DNA of 63,238 nucleotides, filler included, from Octopus bimaculoides (Eukaryota): the NCBI RefSeq assembly GCF_001194135.2. It is 7 parts of 6 records of this genome, joined end to end, with 100 filler letters (N's around TTAATTAATTAA, not from the genome) between each part and the next. Parts side by side here need not be neighbours in the genome. Positions count along the whole stretch, not along the records: positions 20,656 to 32,400 come from NC_068990.1; positions 32,501 to 51,359 come from NC_068992.1; 5 more parts are not named here. One strand, given 5' to 3'. The position numbers and the translations under genes were made by a program. The notes beneath the pieces were generated by a model. It was not told the DNA's origin. It made no database searches and was given only the letters and a program-made list of their open reading frames with translations. Of this stretch, positions 22,721 to 35,587 are shown in pieces (the first letter of the stretch is position 1; each line of letters opens with the position of its first letter).

Positions 22721-23442
22721 GTCCATTATAGATAAGACACAATCATACGGGAGCATATAACAACAAGCAAAAAGAACTGACTTAAAATGACTAAAATGTA
22801 AAAGAATGAGAAAGGTATGTTACAATGAGAAAGGGTATGTGTAAATTCAGCAAACGAACAGTCATTTACAAATACAGAAAAACAATTCTTGTTAAAAACA
22901 AAATTAGGTTTGGTAAAGGAGAAGGAAAATCTCAGCTACAAATAGCAGTCAATAAACAAGTTAACTTTTACGATGACAAAGCTTAAAATCAATGAGTGAC
23001 ACGCAGAAAAATCTCGTCCTGATATAACAGTCAAAGCAATTCATATTTTATTACAAAGGCAGCGATTAGAATCTGTGAATTATATGCAGGAAAATTTCTA
23101 TTAGAAATAACTCGACGTTCCTTTGCTTTTGTTTCTGTTATAAAGAATATTTCAGAATTGTAAATGTAAATGAAACAATATTCTTGCCAAAAATAGTTGC
23201 ACAATATGATCTTTTGATACGAAAAAAAATTTCATCGGTTCAAATGTAAATGAAGCTGTTTTTCTAGTGAGAAGTAACAGCACAATGTGGTTGTCATTTT
23301 GTTATTAAGGAAAATTTATTACGTTGAAAGAAATAGAAAAATAATGAGTTGTAGAAGCATTTTTTTCATACAAGGAAACAAGTGTGAAAATGTCTTAAAA
23401 AGCAAAAAGCTTATGCATATTTTCGCATTACTTTCTTTTCAG

Positions 23443-23531
23443 TCACTGGCCATGGAGTTCTCTTGACAGTGTTTCCCACTTCTGTATTTCAATCGCCACT
23501 AGCCTGCTATTCGTCCGTATCTAACTTCCAG
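23443..23531 (+). other. Candidate internal exon (xTGHGVLLTVFPTSVFQSPLACYSSVSNFQ)
   Basis: Strong acceptor ttactttcttttcag and donor CAG|gtgaga; 89 nt with one fully open frame (phase 1 to phase 0). Confidence 0.4.
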
Positions 23532-24016
23532 GTGAGAAGACACTATTTTTACAACCCAAGGTTGGCGCAAACAAATAAAGACACACATTTTGGAGGCAAG
23601 GGATCATGAAAATCATGTGACCTCTGCTAGTTAACGTCATAAAAATGTAGTTTCTGATATATTCATGCAGGAAATGATAAACATGCTAACAGGAGATTTT
23701 AGATAGGTGGGCATCGTCTGACTACAGCTTTCTCTCTGCTGAATTCGAGCAAAAAGAAACACTTAAATCAATAGAATTATAATAGTTGTAATTCCTGGTT
23801 TATTTAAGACGTTTTCAACAGTATAATTTATATTCCGTTAATTCTTCTTAACAATGGAATATTTTATGTTTTCCTGTTACTTTTACCTTGCACTTGGTCA
23901 TTTCAGCTTTTAACTATTTTAAATAGGCATTTATCATGGATAGCAGTGGGATAAATGAAGGGCTGTACGACTGGTGGGCAGTGAACTGAAAGGCTTCTCA
24001 CCTACTTAATATTGGT

Positions 24017-24457
24017 TTTAAACTTTGGCACAAGGTCGGTAATTTCGAGGAGGGGGTTAACCCATTAAGTCCCACTGTCCTATAAATAGGACACGAAATG
24101 AAAACATTAAATAAGCTATATCACATTAACTCAGTGTTCTATTTATAGGACACCGAGTATTTCCATTTCTACTTGAAGTAAAGGAGCTTTAATAATTATT
24201 TTAAAATTTTATTTTAAATTATTTTCAATCATCTGTAAAAATTTAAGAGTGATATTAAGAAATTTAAGTACTCTGGGACTTAATGGGTTAAGTCAATTTC
24301 ATCCACCCCAGTGTTCAGCTGGTACTTATTTTATCGATCCCGTAATATCGAAAGGCAAAGTTGAACTAGCGAATTTTGAACTCTGAACGCAAAGATGAGT
24401 GAAATGCCGCTAAGCATTTTACCCAGAGTGCTAACAATTCTGTTAGATCGTCGCCTT
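24017..24457 (-). mobile_element. Meta-like SINE interrupted by a MITE
   Basis: SINE tail at 24017-24060; core and head at 24288-24457. Confidence 0.8.
24061..24287. mobile_element. piggyBac-like MITE
   Basis: Perfect 14-bp TIR cccattaagtccca/tgggacttaatggg; TTAA duplicated at 24057-24060 and 24288-24291. Confidence 0.92.
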
Positions 24458-25601
24458 CTGACCAGCATAATAGCGTCCAAAAAAGAAAAAAAAGTTCAAC
24501 TAATGACTAGTTTCTGATTGGCTAAAAAAATAAGAAAAGAAAAAGAGAAACATTAACACGCGCCAACAATGAAATCAGGTAATCTGCATGTTTAAAAGTT
24601 CTAATGAGCCAAACTGACACATGTGACCTTGGTAAAACTAAAATGCCTCCAGTATGAGATTTGTAGTATTAGCTCTTTTCTAGATTGGTAGAAAAGTAGC
24701 AAATGATAAAGATCAATATTAAACAACATGTACCGAAATCTGACCGAAGATACAAAACTATCAAAAGCAGTAAAAGATTAATATGGCAAGTCGGCTTAGG
24801 AACCGACGCAAAAAATTTATGTAGGCTTGCCCAGTTACAAACGGATGTGGAGCTGGTTTGCATGTATGCAAATGAACCATCAAGTAGAGCCTCTAGTAGA
24901 AATTTGGTATGACAGAATAATACTGTATAAGGGTTCTCGATGTGTGTGGGGTGGAGGCTGGGAAAGGGGGCGGTCTTCTCAAAATTGAAAGGAACTTGAA
25001 TTTTTAATAAAAAAAAAACTTTTAAAGAAAGGCCTTTCAGATAATTACGTGTCCCTCGTTTTGTCTTTTGAATTTTGGACTGATGTATCAGCTGAATTAT
25101 ACAACAGCGTAGATAGAGTGGGGTGGGGGAATTGGAAGCGGCATTTTTGAGTCTGTTGAGTAAGATTCTGTAAGGGTCACATGAGGCAAACTCAAGGAAT
25201 GCCCTAGGTGGCACATATTCCGGCCATGCACTGCTGTTAGAGGCCTTGGTTGTAAGTGAAATTTGCATCTGTGTGCATGTAAATGAAAGTGAAAGTGAAC
25301 CATGCACTATATACTTTCATACAAGTCTGCAGAAAATGAACATGGCGGATCTTGGTGGTAAAATAATACAATAATAATTACGCACTACATGGTTTAAGAA
25401 GGCAGGTTGAAATAGAACAGAATTTAGACATGGAGAATTTAAAATATTAATTTACAACAATCAAGATAAAGTTTACAAAAATTTCTGTGTGAAAAATGTA
25501 CATCAGCAAGTCAATTAGATAATACGTGTTACAGAAATGTAGTGGAAAATGTACATAGATATTTTCTTGTTTTCGTGTCAATGCAATCATTTGTGTTGCA
25601 G

Positions 25602-25650
25602 CTTTCACTGTGCTCACAGATAACACAAGGCAACGAAAGTTCTGTTAGAG
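25602..25650 (+). other. Candidate internal exon (LSLCSQITQGNESSVR)
   Basis: Acceptor tttgtgttgcag, donor GAG|gtaaac; open in phase 0, compatible with 23443-23531. Confidence 0.3.
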
Positions 25651-26435
25651 GTAAACAGGATGGTGTTTGTTGATAATTTGGCATGCTGATTTCAAATCTG
25701 TGTTTAGAAGTTTTCTATCATGTTCAGATTTGGGAAATTAAATTCTAGTTATTTTATGCTTTGATTAAAATTAATACAAGACTTATTTCTTTGCACGTGA
25801 AGAGGCGAGCATATCACGTGACTTATCTTAATTGCTTTTTCAAATCTTGTGTGCTAATTCAGAATGACCTCAAATAGACTTGCATGTGTAAACCACCCAG
25901 ACAACTTCTGTAACTACGAACAATATGGACACCTGCATCATCAAAGAAACAAAGCAATATCAAGAATGAAACTTGCTTACAAGTTCTATTATATTTGTAA
26001 GGTAGAAGATATTGACAGTTGCTAGGCATCTCAATGCTTCCAGCTTGATGGAATCATAAAAGAAAAGCCGTGCCATTCGCAGTTCTCATTACTATGATAA
26101 TTTGTTTTTGTACGACGAAGCTGATTTCATATAATAACTTTCCATCTGCTGACCAGCCTTAAAACTAGTACTACCAGTGATAGAAATAGGGAGTACACAG
26201 ATTTTCAGTAGGTGTAATTGAGTGATATTTTGGCAAATTCTTCTTATCATTTTTACGAATTTTACAGATCAAATTCATCGTTTACATTCTAAAAAAAAAT
26301 AGCACTATTCCGTTGGTTCTGGTAGCTTATTCATCCACAAGTTTTGCTTTTTTATCGATCAACATCACATATTGCTGAACTCTATATCCCACTTGAAGTT
26401 TTCCGGTTTGCATTCAATTACAGATTTTCGATAGG

Positions 26436-26642
26436 ATGCCTCGAAAAAGCAAGAGTCATATTGGCAGAAAACAGGAAAGGCTTCCGTTTTGCGTTCCTTG
26501 TGGGCAAGCGAGACAGAAGAACAATATGTGCTCGCAATGCTGCTTCTACTGCAGTCATCAGAGCATCACAGACAGTTCAACAAGCAGAATTCCGGCGTGC
26601 TTGCGATGCTGTCTCTACTTCAAATAGCTGTGCTTTAGAGAT
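26436..26642 (+). pseudogene. Helitron Rep/Hel N-terminus remnant
   Basis: With two frameshifts it reads MPRKSKSHIGRK-TGKASVLRSLWASETEEQY-ARNAASTAVIRASQTVQQAEFRRACDAVSTSNSCALE, resembling the basic start and SETxEQ/STPR-type repeats of animal Helitron proteins. Confidence 0.55.
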
Positions 26643-26645
26643 CTA

Positions 26646-26805
26646 TAAGGGCTGTTCCAAATGTCATTTTTATTGTGATTGAAAATTTTCGATTCTTCAG
26701 CCATCCAGTCAATTAAACAGCATTCCAAACGATATTTTTCCAAACTTTCACATTTTAATGCCTGATATCAGCAAATAAAACATGTTCCATTTTGAATAAC
26801 CCCTG
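26646..26805. mobile_element. Degenerate Tc1/mariner-like MITE
   Basis: Imperfect TIRs taagggctgttccaaatg versus reverse complement caggggttattcaaaatg; truncates the Helitron remnant. Confidence 0.3.
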
Positions 26806-26939
26806 TTTTTGATTTAACGTCTCAACTATGTCAAATAATCCTCATTTTAAGCATAGACAGAAGGGGTATTAAATTATTTTAGACTCCAGTTCTATCACGA
26901 ACTTACACCGTCCAATGGACAGAGGGCGTAAGCTAGTGT

Positions 26940-27006
<67 letters not shown>

Positions 27007-27052
27007 TGTATATAACTATTAATAAAATAGATGGAATAAAAGGTTTTATTTA

Positions 27053-27094
27053 GTACGACACATGTTTTGATTCGTTCTGAGTTGCTTCGGGTAC
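27053..27094 (-). ncRNA. Degenerate minimal type I hammerhead-like motif
   Basis: Reverse complement: gtac CCGAAGC aactc agaac gaatc AAAAC atgt GTC gtac. Stem I is perfect; the core carries substitutions. Confidence 0.45.
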
Positions 27095-28272
27095 ATAAAT
27101 AATAATTAAAAAATAATAAAAAGTCTCACTAGAGATTTTCTGATTCAGTTTTACGTACCACTTTATGTCCATCAGCTTTGGAAATGAGTGAAAAACAAAA
27201 AAAATTGAAACGCGAAAAATTCAAATATCAACGTGAAAATTATACATTATAGTTTAGAGATAATGACATAATAAGCCATCGCTGTTGTAACTGTTAGGAG
27301 AAAGAAAAGGAAGTAGAAGTTGAAAGGAACATAATTCTTAGACGAAATTTTTTTTGCATTCGTGCTTAGACAAACATATACATACACAGATACATATATA
27401 TATATATATACATACATATATATATTTATGTATATATATGTGTATCTGTGTATGTATACAGAAAATGTCAGACAGACAGGTCAATTATTCCTCTCCAATT
27501 TTTTTGTAAAATTCTTAAATATATCTCCTTCTGTATATATATACTACCAAACAAACATGATTTTTATTGAACTCAAAATTCTTATTGTAGTCCCGTTCTT
27601 GAATACTTTCTTGTAAACTGTTTTTAACATTTTCTTATCATTATCAAAGAATGTATAACTGTATTTCAATACGTTTCTGATAACCAGTACTTAGCACAAC
27701 AAAGCTTATACAAAGCTTCACATTTAACTTTTGACAATCTTTTTCTAAAAACGTGAAACCGGTCAAGCCAATAAACATCTCTAAAAGTCCTTTGCATTTT
27801 CAAACATTCTTTCATATACATACACACACACATATATATATACACACTTACACATGTGCGCTCACACACGCGCATCCAAGTATATGGATATATACATACA
27901 ACTAGATACACACGCATACGCACACGTATGGGTGAATACATACCTACATATATATGTATAGGAACTCATATATAAAGGTACATACGCATATATATACATA
28001 AATATACGTACATAGCATAGATGAATACGAGCATATATTCGTTCGTAAAGCGAGGTACAGACGTCTGTACAAAGTTTGACACACGCACACGTGTTAATAC
28101 ACTTGTGTATACACATAAGTAAATATATAAACGCACATACATACATATACACACACATATACATATATGTATGCATATACATATATGTATGCATATACAT
28201 ATATAAACATGCGTCTGCGTACACGAAAACACAAATTAACATTAATATATACACACACCTTTATTTATTTAT

Positions 28273-28314
28273 GTACCCGAAGAGACCCAGAACGGGCCGA
28301 AACTTGTGTCATAC
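28273..28314 (+). ncRNA. Minimal type I hammerhead-like motif with U4-to-C core
   Basis: gtac CCGAAGA gaccc agaac gggcc GAAAC ttgt GTC atac. Confidence 0.55.
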
Positions 28315-28471
28315 TGAATAAAATCTTTAATTCCATCTATTCTATTAATACTGTTACCTCAACCGCCACTACGAAGTTCCTGCAATAATCTATGGATAAC
28401 AACAGGTAATCGAGACCATGTCAGTGCTTTACTTATCATCTACTTCTACATTTTGTATAATTTCTCCTATG

Positions 28472-28543
<72 letters not shown>

Positions 28544-29432
28544 NNNNNNNNNNNNNNNNNNNNNNNNNNNNNNNNNNNNNNNNNNNNNNNNNNNNNNNNN
28601 NNNNNNNNNNNNNNNNNNNNNNNNNNNNNNNNNNNNNNNNNNNNNNNNNNNNNNNNNNNNNNNNNNNNNNNNNNNNNNNNNNNNNNNNNNNNNNNNNNNN
28701 NNNNNNNNNNNNNNNNNNNNNNNNNNNNNNNNNNNNNNNNNNNNNNNNNNNNNNNNNNNNNNNNNNNNNNNNNNNNNNNNNNNNNNNNNNNNNNNNNNNN
28801 NNNNNNNNNNNNNNNNNNNNNNNNNNNNNNNNNNNNNNNNNNNNNNNNNNNNNNNNNNNNNNNNNNNNNNNNNNNNNNNNNNNNNNNNNNNNNNNNNNNN
28901 NNNNNNNNNNNNNNNNNNNNNNNNNNNNNNNNNNNNNNNNNNNNNNNNNNNNNNNNNNNNNNNNNNNNNNNNNNNNNNNNNNNNNNNNNNNNNNNNNNNN
29001 NNNNNNNNNNNNNNNNNNNNNNNNNNNNNNNNNNNNNNNNNNNNNNNNNNNNNNNNNNNNNNNNNNNNNNNNNNNNNNNNNNNNNNNNNNNNNNNNNNNN
29101 NNNNNNNNNNNNNNNNNNNNNNNNNNNNNNNNNNNNNNNNNNNNNNNNNNNNNNNNNNNNNNNNNNNNNNNNNNNNNNNNNNNNNNNNNNNNNNNNNNNN
29201 NNNNNNNNNNNNNNNNNNNNNNNNNNNNNNNNNNNNNNNNNNNNNNNNNNNNNNNNNNNNNNNNNNNNNNNNTATATATAAATATATTCCTTAGGTAATG
29301 AATCTACAACTGTAACATCCAACATATATTTTTATTCTCGTATTTTCCTTTATACATCCTATATCTGTCCCTTTCCAAAATAACTTATTATACTGAACTC
29401 TACTATTTTCTTCAATTTAAGTCTCTCATATC

Positions 29433-29480
29433 GTCTCTGATGATGGGATATCTTTTATATCCCCGAAACACCTGTAAGGC
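29433..29480 (+). ncRNA. Minimal type I hammerhead ribozyme motif (PLE-type)
   Basis: gtct CTGATGA t gggatat ctttt atatccc c GAAAC acct GTA aggc: intact core, 7-bp stem II, 2-bp stem III, 4-bp stem I with one G-U pair. Confidence 0.65.
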
Positions 29481-30255
29481 TACCTTTCTCTTTATAAATA
29501 TCCTAGAAATTTTGCATTGCCTTGGCTTTGTTGTCTCATTCTATTTAACGCACACACACACACACACATGTATGTATGTATGTATGTATGTATGTATGTA
29601 TGTATGTATGTATGTATGTATGCATGCATGCATGTATGTATGTATGTATGTATGTATGTATATATACACACGTGTGTGTGTATGTGTGTGTAGAAATATA
29701 TGTATATATGTTCATGTGTGTGTGTGTGTGTATGTGTATGAAAATGTGTGTGTGTGTGTATGAAAATAAACATACATACATACACATGCATACGCATATA
29801 CATACGCATATACAAATTATTTCGATGTGTGTGTGAGCGTTTGAGTTGTTATATAAAATATCAACAACATAGCATTTAGTTTAATCAAAATACTACGATA
29901 ATACATACTCTTCCAACAGATTATTAACATTGCAACAGATATCAAACATTAAACAAAAGCAACTTGGAAACTAAACACTGGTGATACATTATATATTCGT
30001 CCATTTCCTCACAGTAAACATAACAAGGAAAACAAAAACAAATGTAGCTTATTAGGACATCATTCATCACGCATATTAATATTACCTTAATGGGATATTA
30101 ATATTTGTTTGTTGGTTTGTATGTTTGTTTGCTTTTGCCACATGGAAAGTAAAGAAATTTAGATTCAAATAATTAATATTTTTCTAAAACACGCACACGG
30201 ACACACACAATCGCACATACAAACGCAAACACGGTCACAGACACACACACACACA

Positions 30256-30305
<50 letters not shown>

Positions 30306-30595
30306 CACACACACAAACAACACACATATTATATTATAGGGAATTAGGAGGAAAACAATCCCAATTGTTTCATGCAGAGGTGTTAATCTTGCATGAAATT
30401 AATTAAACAGTTTGATAAAACAATAAAAAAGGAAATTGAACAAAATAGGGGGGAAAAAATCAAAACAAAAAAAATGGTATGCCTTAGTTTTGCAAATCAG
30501 GCTAAAGTATTTTTGAGGAAATAGCGAATGTTATAAAAACAATGGAAGCATACATACATATGTACATATATTCACAAATAAATACAAACTCGGGT

Positions 30596-30627
<32 letters not shown>

Positions 30628-31186
30628 TTAAAGAGTGTTCATTTATACATGTATGTATTACATATATATCTATATCTCTCTCTACATATATATGTATATT
30701 ATTTGTATGTATAATCTATATCTATCTATTTGCCAGTCTGTCTATATAGATAGATAGACACATATACATATATATACATGTATATATATATATATATATA
30801 TAGATATATACATATACATATATATGCATATATTTATTTATGTATGTATGTCTGTTTGTACGTTCATCCAACAGAGAAGAAACTCATGTAAACAATAGTA
30901 AATAGTAAATAATTAGTGAAAGTAAACAGTTGATAATTATCAAAAGTTATTCTAGAAAATTAAACACGCCACATACACACACACATTTAAGCATATCTTT
31001 CTCTCTCTATATATATATATGTATATATATATATGTATATATATATGTATATATATATATGCATATATATGTATATATATATACATAGACATATATGCAT
31101 ATATATATATTCATATATATATATACATACATATTTAAATATTATATGTATATGTATTTTTATATATATATGTATATGTGTGTCTG

Positions 31187-31241
<55 letters not shown>

Positions 31242-31809
31242 ATACATATATATATAGATATGATATATATATGTACATATATACATATATGAATATATGT
31301 ATTGTACATATAGAGACAGATTATATAGACACAGATAATTATTTGAAAGTTTCACAATGGACTTTATTTGAAAAATTTTAAATTAATCATTGTGATAATG
31401 AGGGTGGTTTTGATATTTGTAGTTACCATTTAATTTAATGATTTCAGTTTCAGTGGCAAGCCTCGTTACCTATAATTTTTGAATCATAGCTACATTGTTT
31501 CCATATAGCTCAACATGTCATGAAATGTAATACAAAAGGAATTAAAAAAACGTAAACACAAATACACAAAAATATATTAAATACATTGTAACTGGATATT
31601 AAATGAGAAAAATTTATGTTTTCCCTTATTGTAATTACTCGCATATCCAAGGAGTGACCCATATTTAAAGGTGAATTTTGAATTTTATGATAAGACATTA
31701 TTTAAACACTTTGCTCAATAATTGCTAAATTTCAATATGGATTTTCAATAAATCTTTGTTACAATATCATTTTTTTTGGTTTTGTTATTTGTATATATGG
31801 TCTGGTTAT

Positions 31810-31956
31810 GTGGTTGAGAAACTTTCTTTGTAACTATGTGGATTTGGGTTCAGTTCCAATGTGTCGCATCTTGGGTAAGTGCTTTTTACTCAAGCCCTTG
31901 TCTGACCAATGCCTTCAGAGTAATTTGCTGGACAAAAGTTTTGGAAACTCATTGCA

Positions 31957-31995
<39 letters not shown>

Positions 31996-32230
31996 GTGTA
32001 TACATAATACAATCACACACATATATATGTGTGTGTGTGTGTGTATTTATGTATATGTATATGTATATGTATGTATATTTATATATATGTATGTATCAAA
32101 TTTATTAATGAGGGTAGAAATTGATATTAATCAATTAAAACCAGTGGTCTAGCATATTAAAAAAATCCGAAGATTAAAATTATATCACATACAAAAATAA
32201 GAGGAATGACCAGCAAAAGTGGGCTCCTAT
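31810..32230 (+). mobile_element. Old family D (CORE-like) SINE with internal microsatellite
   Basis: gggttcagttccaatgtgtcgcatcttgggtaagtgcttttact head/core similarity. Confidence 0.6.
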
Positions 32231-34599
32231 ATGCTAGAAATAGATGCCGAATCATCTAACCACGAAAAAAAAATGTTCTCAGTAAAAATTCAGCGACACA
32301 ACAGACTGTAAAAGGGCAAGACAAATGAAAAAATACTAAATAAAAAAATGATTAACCTACGTACCATGGTTTCACCAGTTAAAATTCACATAAGTAAATA
32401 NNNNNNNNNNNNNNNNNNNNNNNNNNNNNNNNNNNNNNNNNNNNTTAATTAATTAANNNNNNNNNNNNNNNNNNNNNNNNNNNNNNNNNNNNNNNNNNNN
32501 GTTATATTCTATTCCTGTTTGTAATCAGTATAAAACTGCGGTGTAAAGAAAGAACGTATTAAAGATTCCTCAAAAGACTTGGAATTCGAAAGGTTTTCTT
32601 GGAAAGTCACGGAATCCTATGACCGTGGTTGACACGAAACATCTTTTTTACATTTTAACCATATCGATTTCTCATCATCAAATGTCTGAAGAGAGAATAG
32701 TTTCCCCTACAGAGTCTGATTTCTGCAATAAATGTCAGTATATCACAATGTTATTTTTCATTTCTTTTATACTATTTTAAGCAGCATTACAGACTCGGGA
32801 AAGTAACATTATTTTCGCCCCTTGTTCATGGCTTTTTTTTCTTCTTCTTTCCCCTTTCATTTGTTTTCTTCCTTTTGTTTGATATCTAGCTTGTGTTTAT
32901 TATTATTTTGATTTTTGTATTCATTATCACAAATAAATACATAAATAAGTAAATATATAAATACCACATTAGAAATGGAGAATGCTAATCACGTACATAC
33001 ACATGGTGTGTAACAAAAGAAAAAATCTTTGAAAACTGTTGCTTTATTATGTGCGAAAAAAATATTAATATTATTAGGAGAAAACACAGACCAATTTTTT
33101 TTTTTTTTTAATCATTTGATTTTATTTTGAGCAAAGGAACTTCCATTGCCTGCGAATTTAGCTTATAATTTTGTTGTTTTGTTCTCTTACATTGTTCCTT
33201 CAGTGATAGGTGATTTTATTTTTCTAATTCAATTTCCAAGTTTAGATTTCTATCAACAAAATGCAAGGATAATGTTTTCTAATTTTGTATAATTATCCTC
33301 TCTAATTGGACTGTGCTGATCTGTTTTGAAATAGTATTTTCATGTAGCTAAATTGAGAGGCAAAAACTTGTCAGTATTGGACTGAGTTATCTTTTATTTT
33401 TTTTTTATTTTTGTCCTTTGTTGTTAAAATTAGTGTCATCACTATGGACATTCTCACTAAATGATACGTTAGATGGAGTTTTAAATAAGAGATTTTAGTT
33501 AAATAATTCAGAATTTACCACATAGTACGTGATCTTTGATATTGTGTAAACCTGCAAATCAGTTAATCCTTTTATTCGACATGCAACTATAAAAACTTCC
33601 ACCGGTAGGTTTCTTTTTTCCGTTTCCAACCTTAAATGTGTTGAGAGAAAATTGCCCTGGTGCAAGGGCTAATCTATTGCAGATGTGTTTCCTGACAGAG
33701 GAAATTGAACTAAGTACTACCAAAGGATGATTGTATGTCTCAATTGAAATAAACAGAGATCGTTTGTATGCAGGTGATTTAAATCTAATGATAAGTGTTG
33801 ATAATCAGTTGTACAATTTCCTAGATCACTTTTCTTGTTTGCAATGACTGTAGACTCAAAATAATTCGCACAAATTTGTGTTCTTGAATGGAGAGTTTCC
33901 GAAAATAACCATTTGTTAAGCTATCGATCGTCATTAGTGAGAAAACTTTGCAAGTAACTTGGTTTTCTGTGTATTTTATTTACACAACTGCAGCTGCTGA
34001 CATCATTGCTAATAAAATTTCTCTTCATATTGAAAATTAAATATATTTCTCAAACTACGAAAAAAAATGTTGGTCCCACACGTCGCATGAAAATTGCTTC
34101 AAAATCTTAGTATATAAATCACTAATTTGACAGGTCTTTTGTACCACAGAGATACATGGAATGACTATAGTTCAGGGCATTGTGCTTCTACCAAATATTC
34201 AGTGCTTTTAAAACGAACTTTTTATATATAATTACGAAATGGAAAACGTATGGCTTTAAAAACAAGGCTCAGTTGTAAAATTTACATAGCATCTCATTTA
34301 AGGTATTGACAAATTGATTTGAATGATTAGGAACATCTTGAAGAAATAGAGAAAAATACGTATGGTAAGCATTTCTTCCCTGTTTCCAGACTAATGTATG
34401 TGAAAATTATTTTATTAAATATGCTCCATGGAAGTTTCTTGTCGGAAAATCGAAAATCATTCATAATTCTAGAATGTGCAATAGGTGTGTGATAAAGTTT
34501 GCCTCTTAGTATCAGATTTCAAAAGCTATCCAGTTGCTAATTTAAAAAGAAAAAAAAAATCACTTCATCATATACATGCAGAATTCTCATGTTTTTTTT

Positions 34600-34880
34600 C
34601 CTGGTGGCGGTGAAGAGACGAGTGACCATAGCTTTTGCAGGAAATCCGATACCGCATACGAAGTTGTTGACACCTACAAAACTTACGTGAGCAACAAGAA
34701 AGTTTTCATTGGTCAAGGTTCTTGTTCTTACTTATTAGTGCAGGCTCTATGTGCTGGTTACAGCATGGAGGATGAGATGGAGTGACGAGTTCGGCAGTTG
34801 TGCTCAAATGAAGGACGGACGAGACCAGACATGTCTGGGGAACCCATGTCTTTATAACAGCAAGAGAATCTTATGATTAT
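34600..34880 (+). mobile_element. Possible highly decayed RTE C-terminal fragment
   Basis: Frame-shifted pieces YVSNKKVF and RMRWSDEFGSCAQMKDGR loosely match the RTE pattern VSNEEVL...RLRWFGH..RMEDGR. Confidence 0.25.
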
Positions 34881-34894
34881 GAGTTCAACATCCT

Positions 34895-35085
34895 AACAAC
34901 TAAGCCAGGCGCGTCCACTCTGGCCGGTTTGTCGGTTTCAATGATGTATAAGTCTCCCACCTGGGCGGGACGCCGGTCCGTCGCAGGTGAGCTGCTAGAT
35001 GCAGAAGGAAAGAATGAGGGAAAGTTGTGGCGAAAGTGTCAGCAGAGGTTCGCTATTACCTTCTGAGCTGCACCACAAATTTGAA
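34895..35085 (-). mobile_element. SINE sharing a central block with family C
   Basis: Reverse complement ctgctgacactttcgccacaactttccctc matches ctgctgtactcttccaccacaactttctctc at ~54865; the 3' part differs. Confidence 0.6.
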
Positions 35086-35123
35086 ATACACTGAAGTCAA
35101 TTTTCAGAGAGAGAGAGAGAGAG

Positions 35124-35215
<92 letters not shown>

Positions 35216-35289
35216 AAAGAAACAACAGACATAGACTTAAAGAGAGGTATTATTGCAGGGGGTGAAAGTGAGAAAAAGAGGGAGAAGTA

Positions 35290-35587
35290 AATAGAGAGGG
35301 AAAGGCAGAGAATCGCTTGAAAACTTACAGAATGGAATGGGAGAGATTGGTTGAAAATTGCAATTTTTAGAAAATAGTCCATGTGAAAAAACTTATTTAC
35401 ACGGTCGGTTTCATGGATTACGCGGGAGCAGTGAGCAAAATATTAAAGTGCATGGTCATCCTTGTTGCATAGGTAATGTGTGTGTAAAGTTTGGTGAGAA
35501 CCGGTTGAGAACTGTAGAAATTCGTACGCATTACAGAGACACACATACAGACATCTTTGTTTTATATATATATATATATATATATAT
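35290..35587 (-). mobile_element. Non-autonomous Helitron-like 5' part
   Basis: Reverse complement starts (TA)n-tataaaacaaagatgtctgtatgtgtgtc...caaactttacacac; the terminus lies in the gap. Confidence 0.45.

Noticed and set aside
26436-26627. Cys-rich 63-aa ORF as a zinc-ribbon or toxin peptide
   Set aside because: The Cys residues come from the off-frame reading of an Ala/Ser-rich repeat; the frameshift-repaired Helitron reading explains it better.
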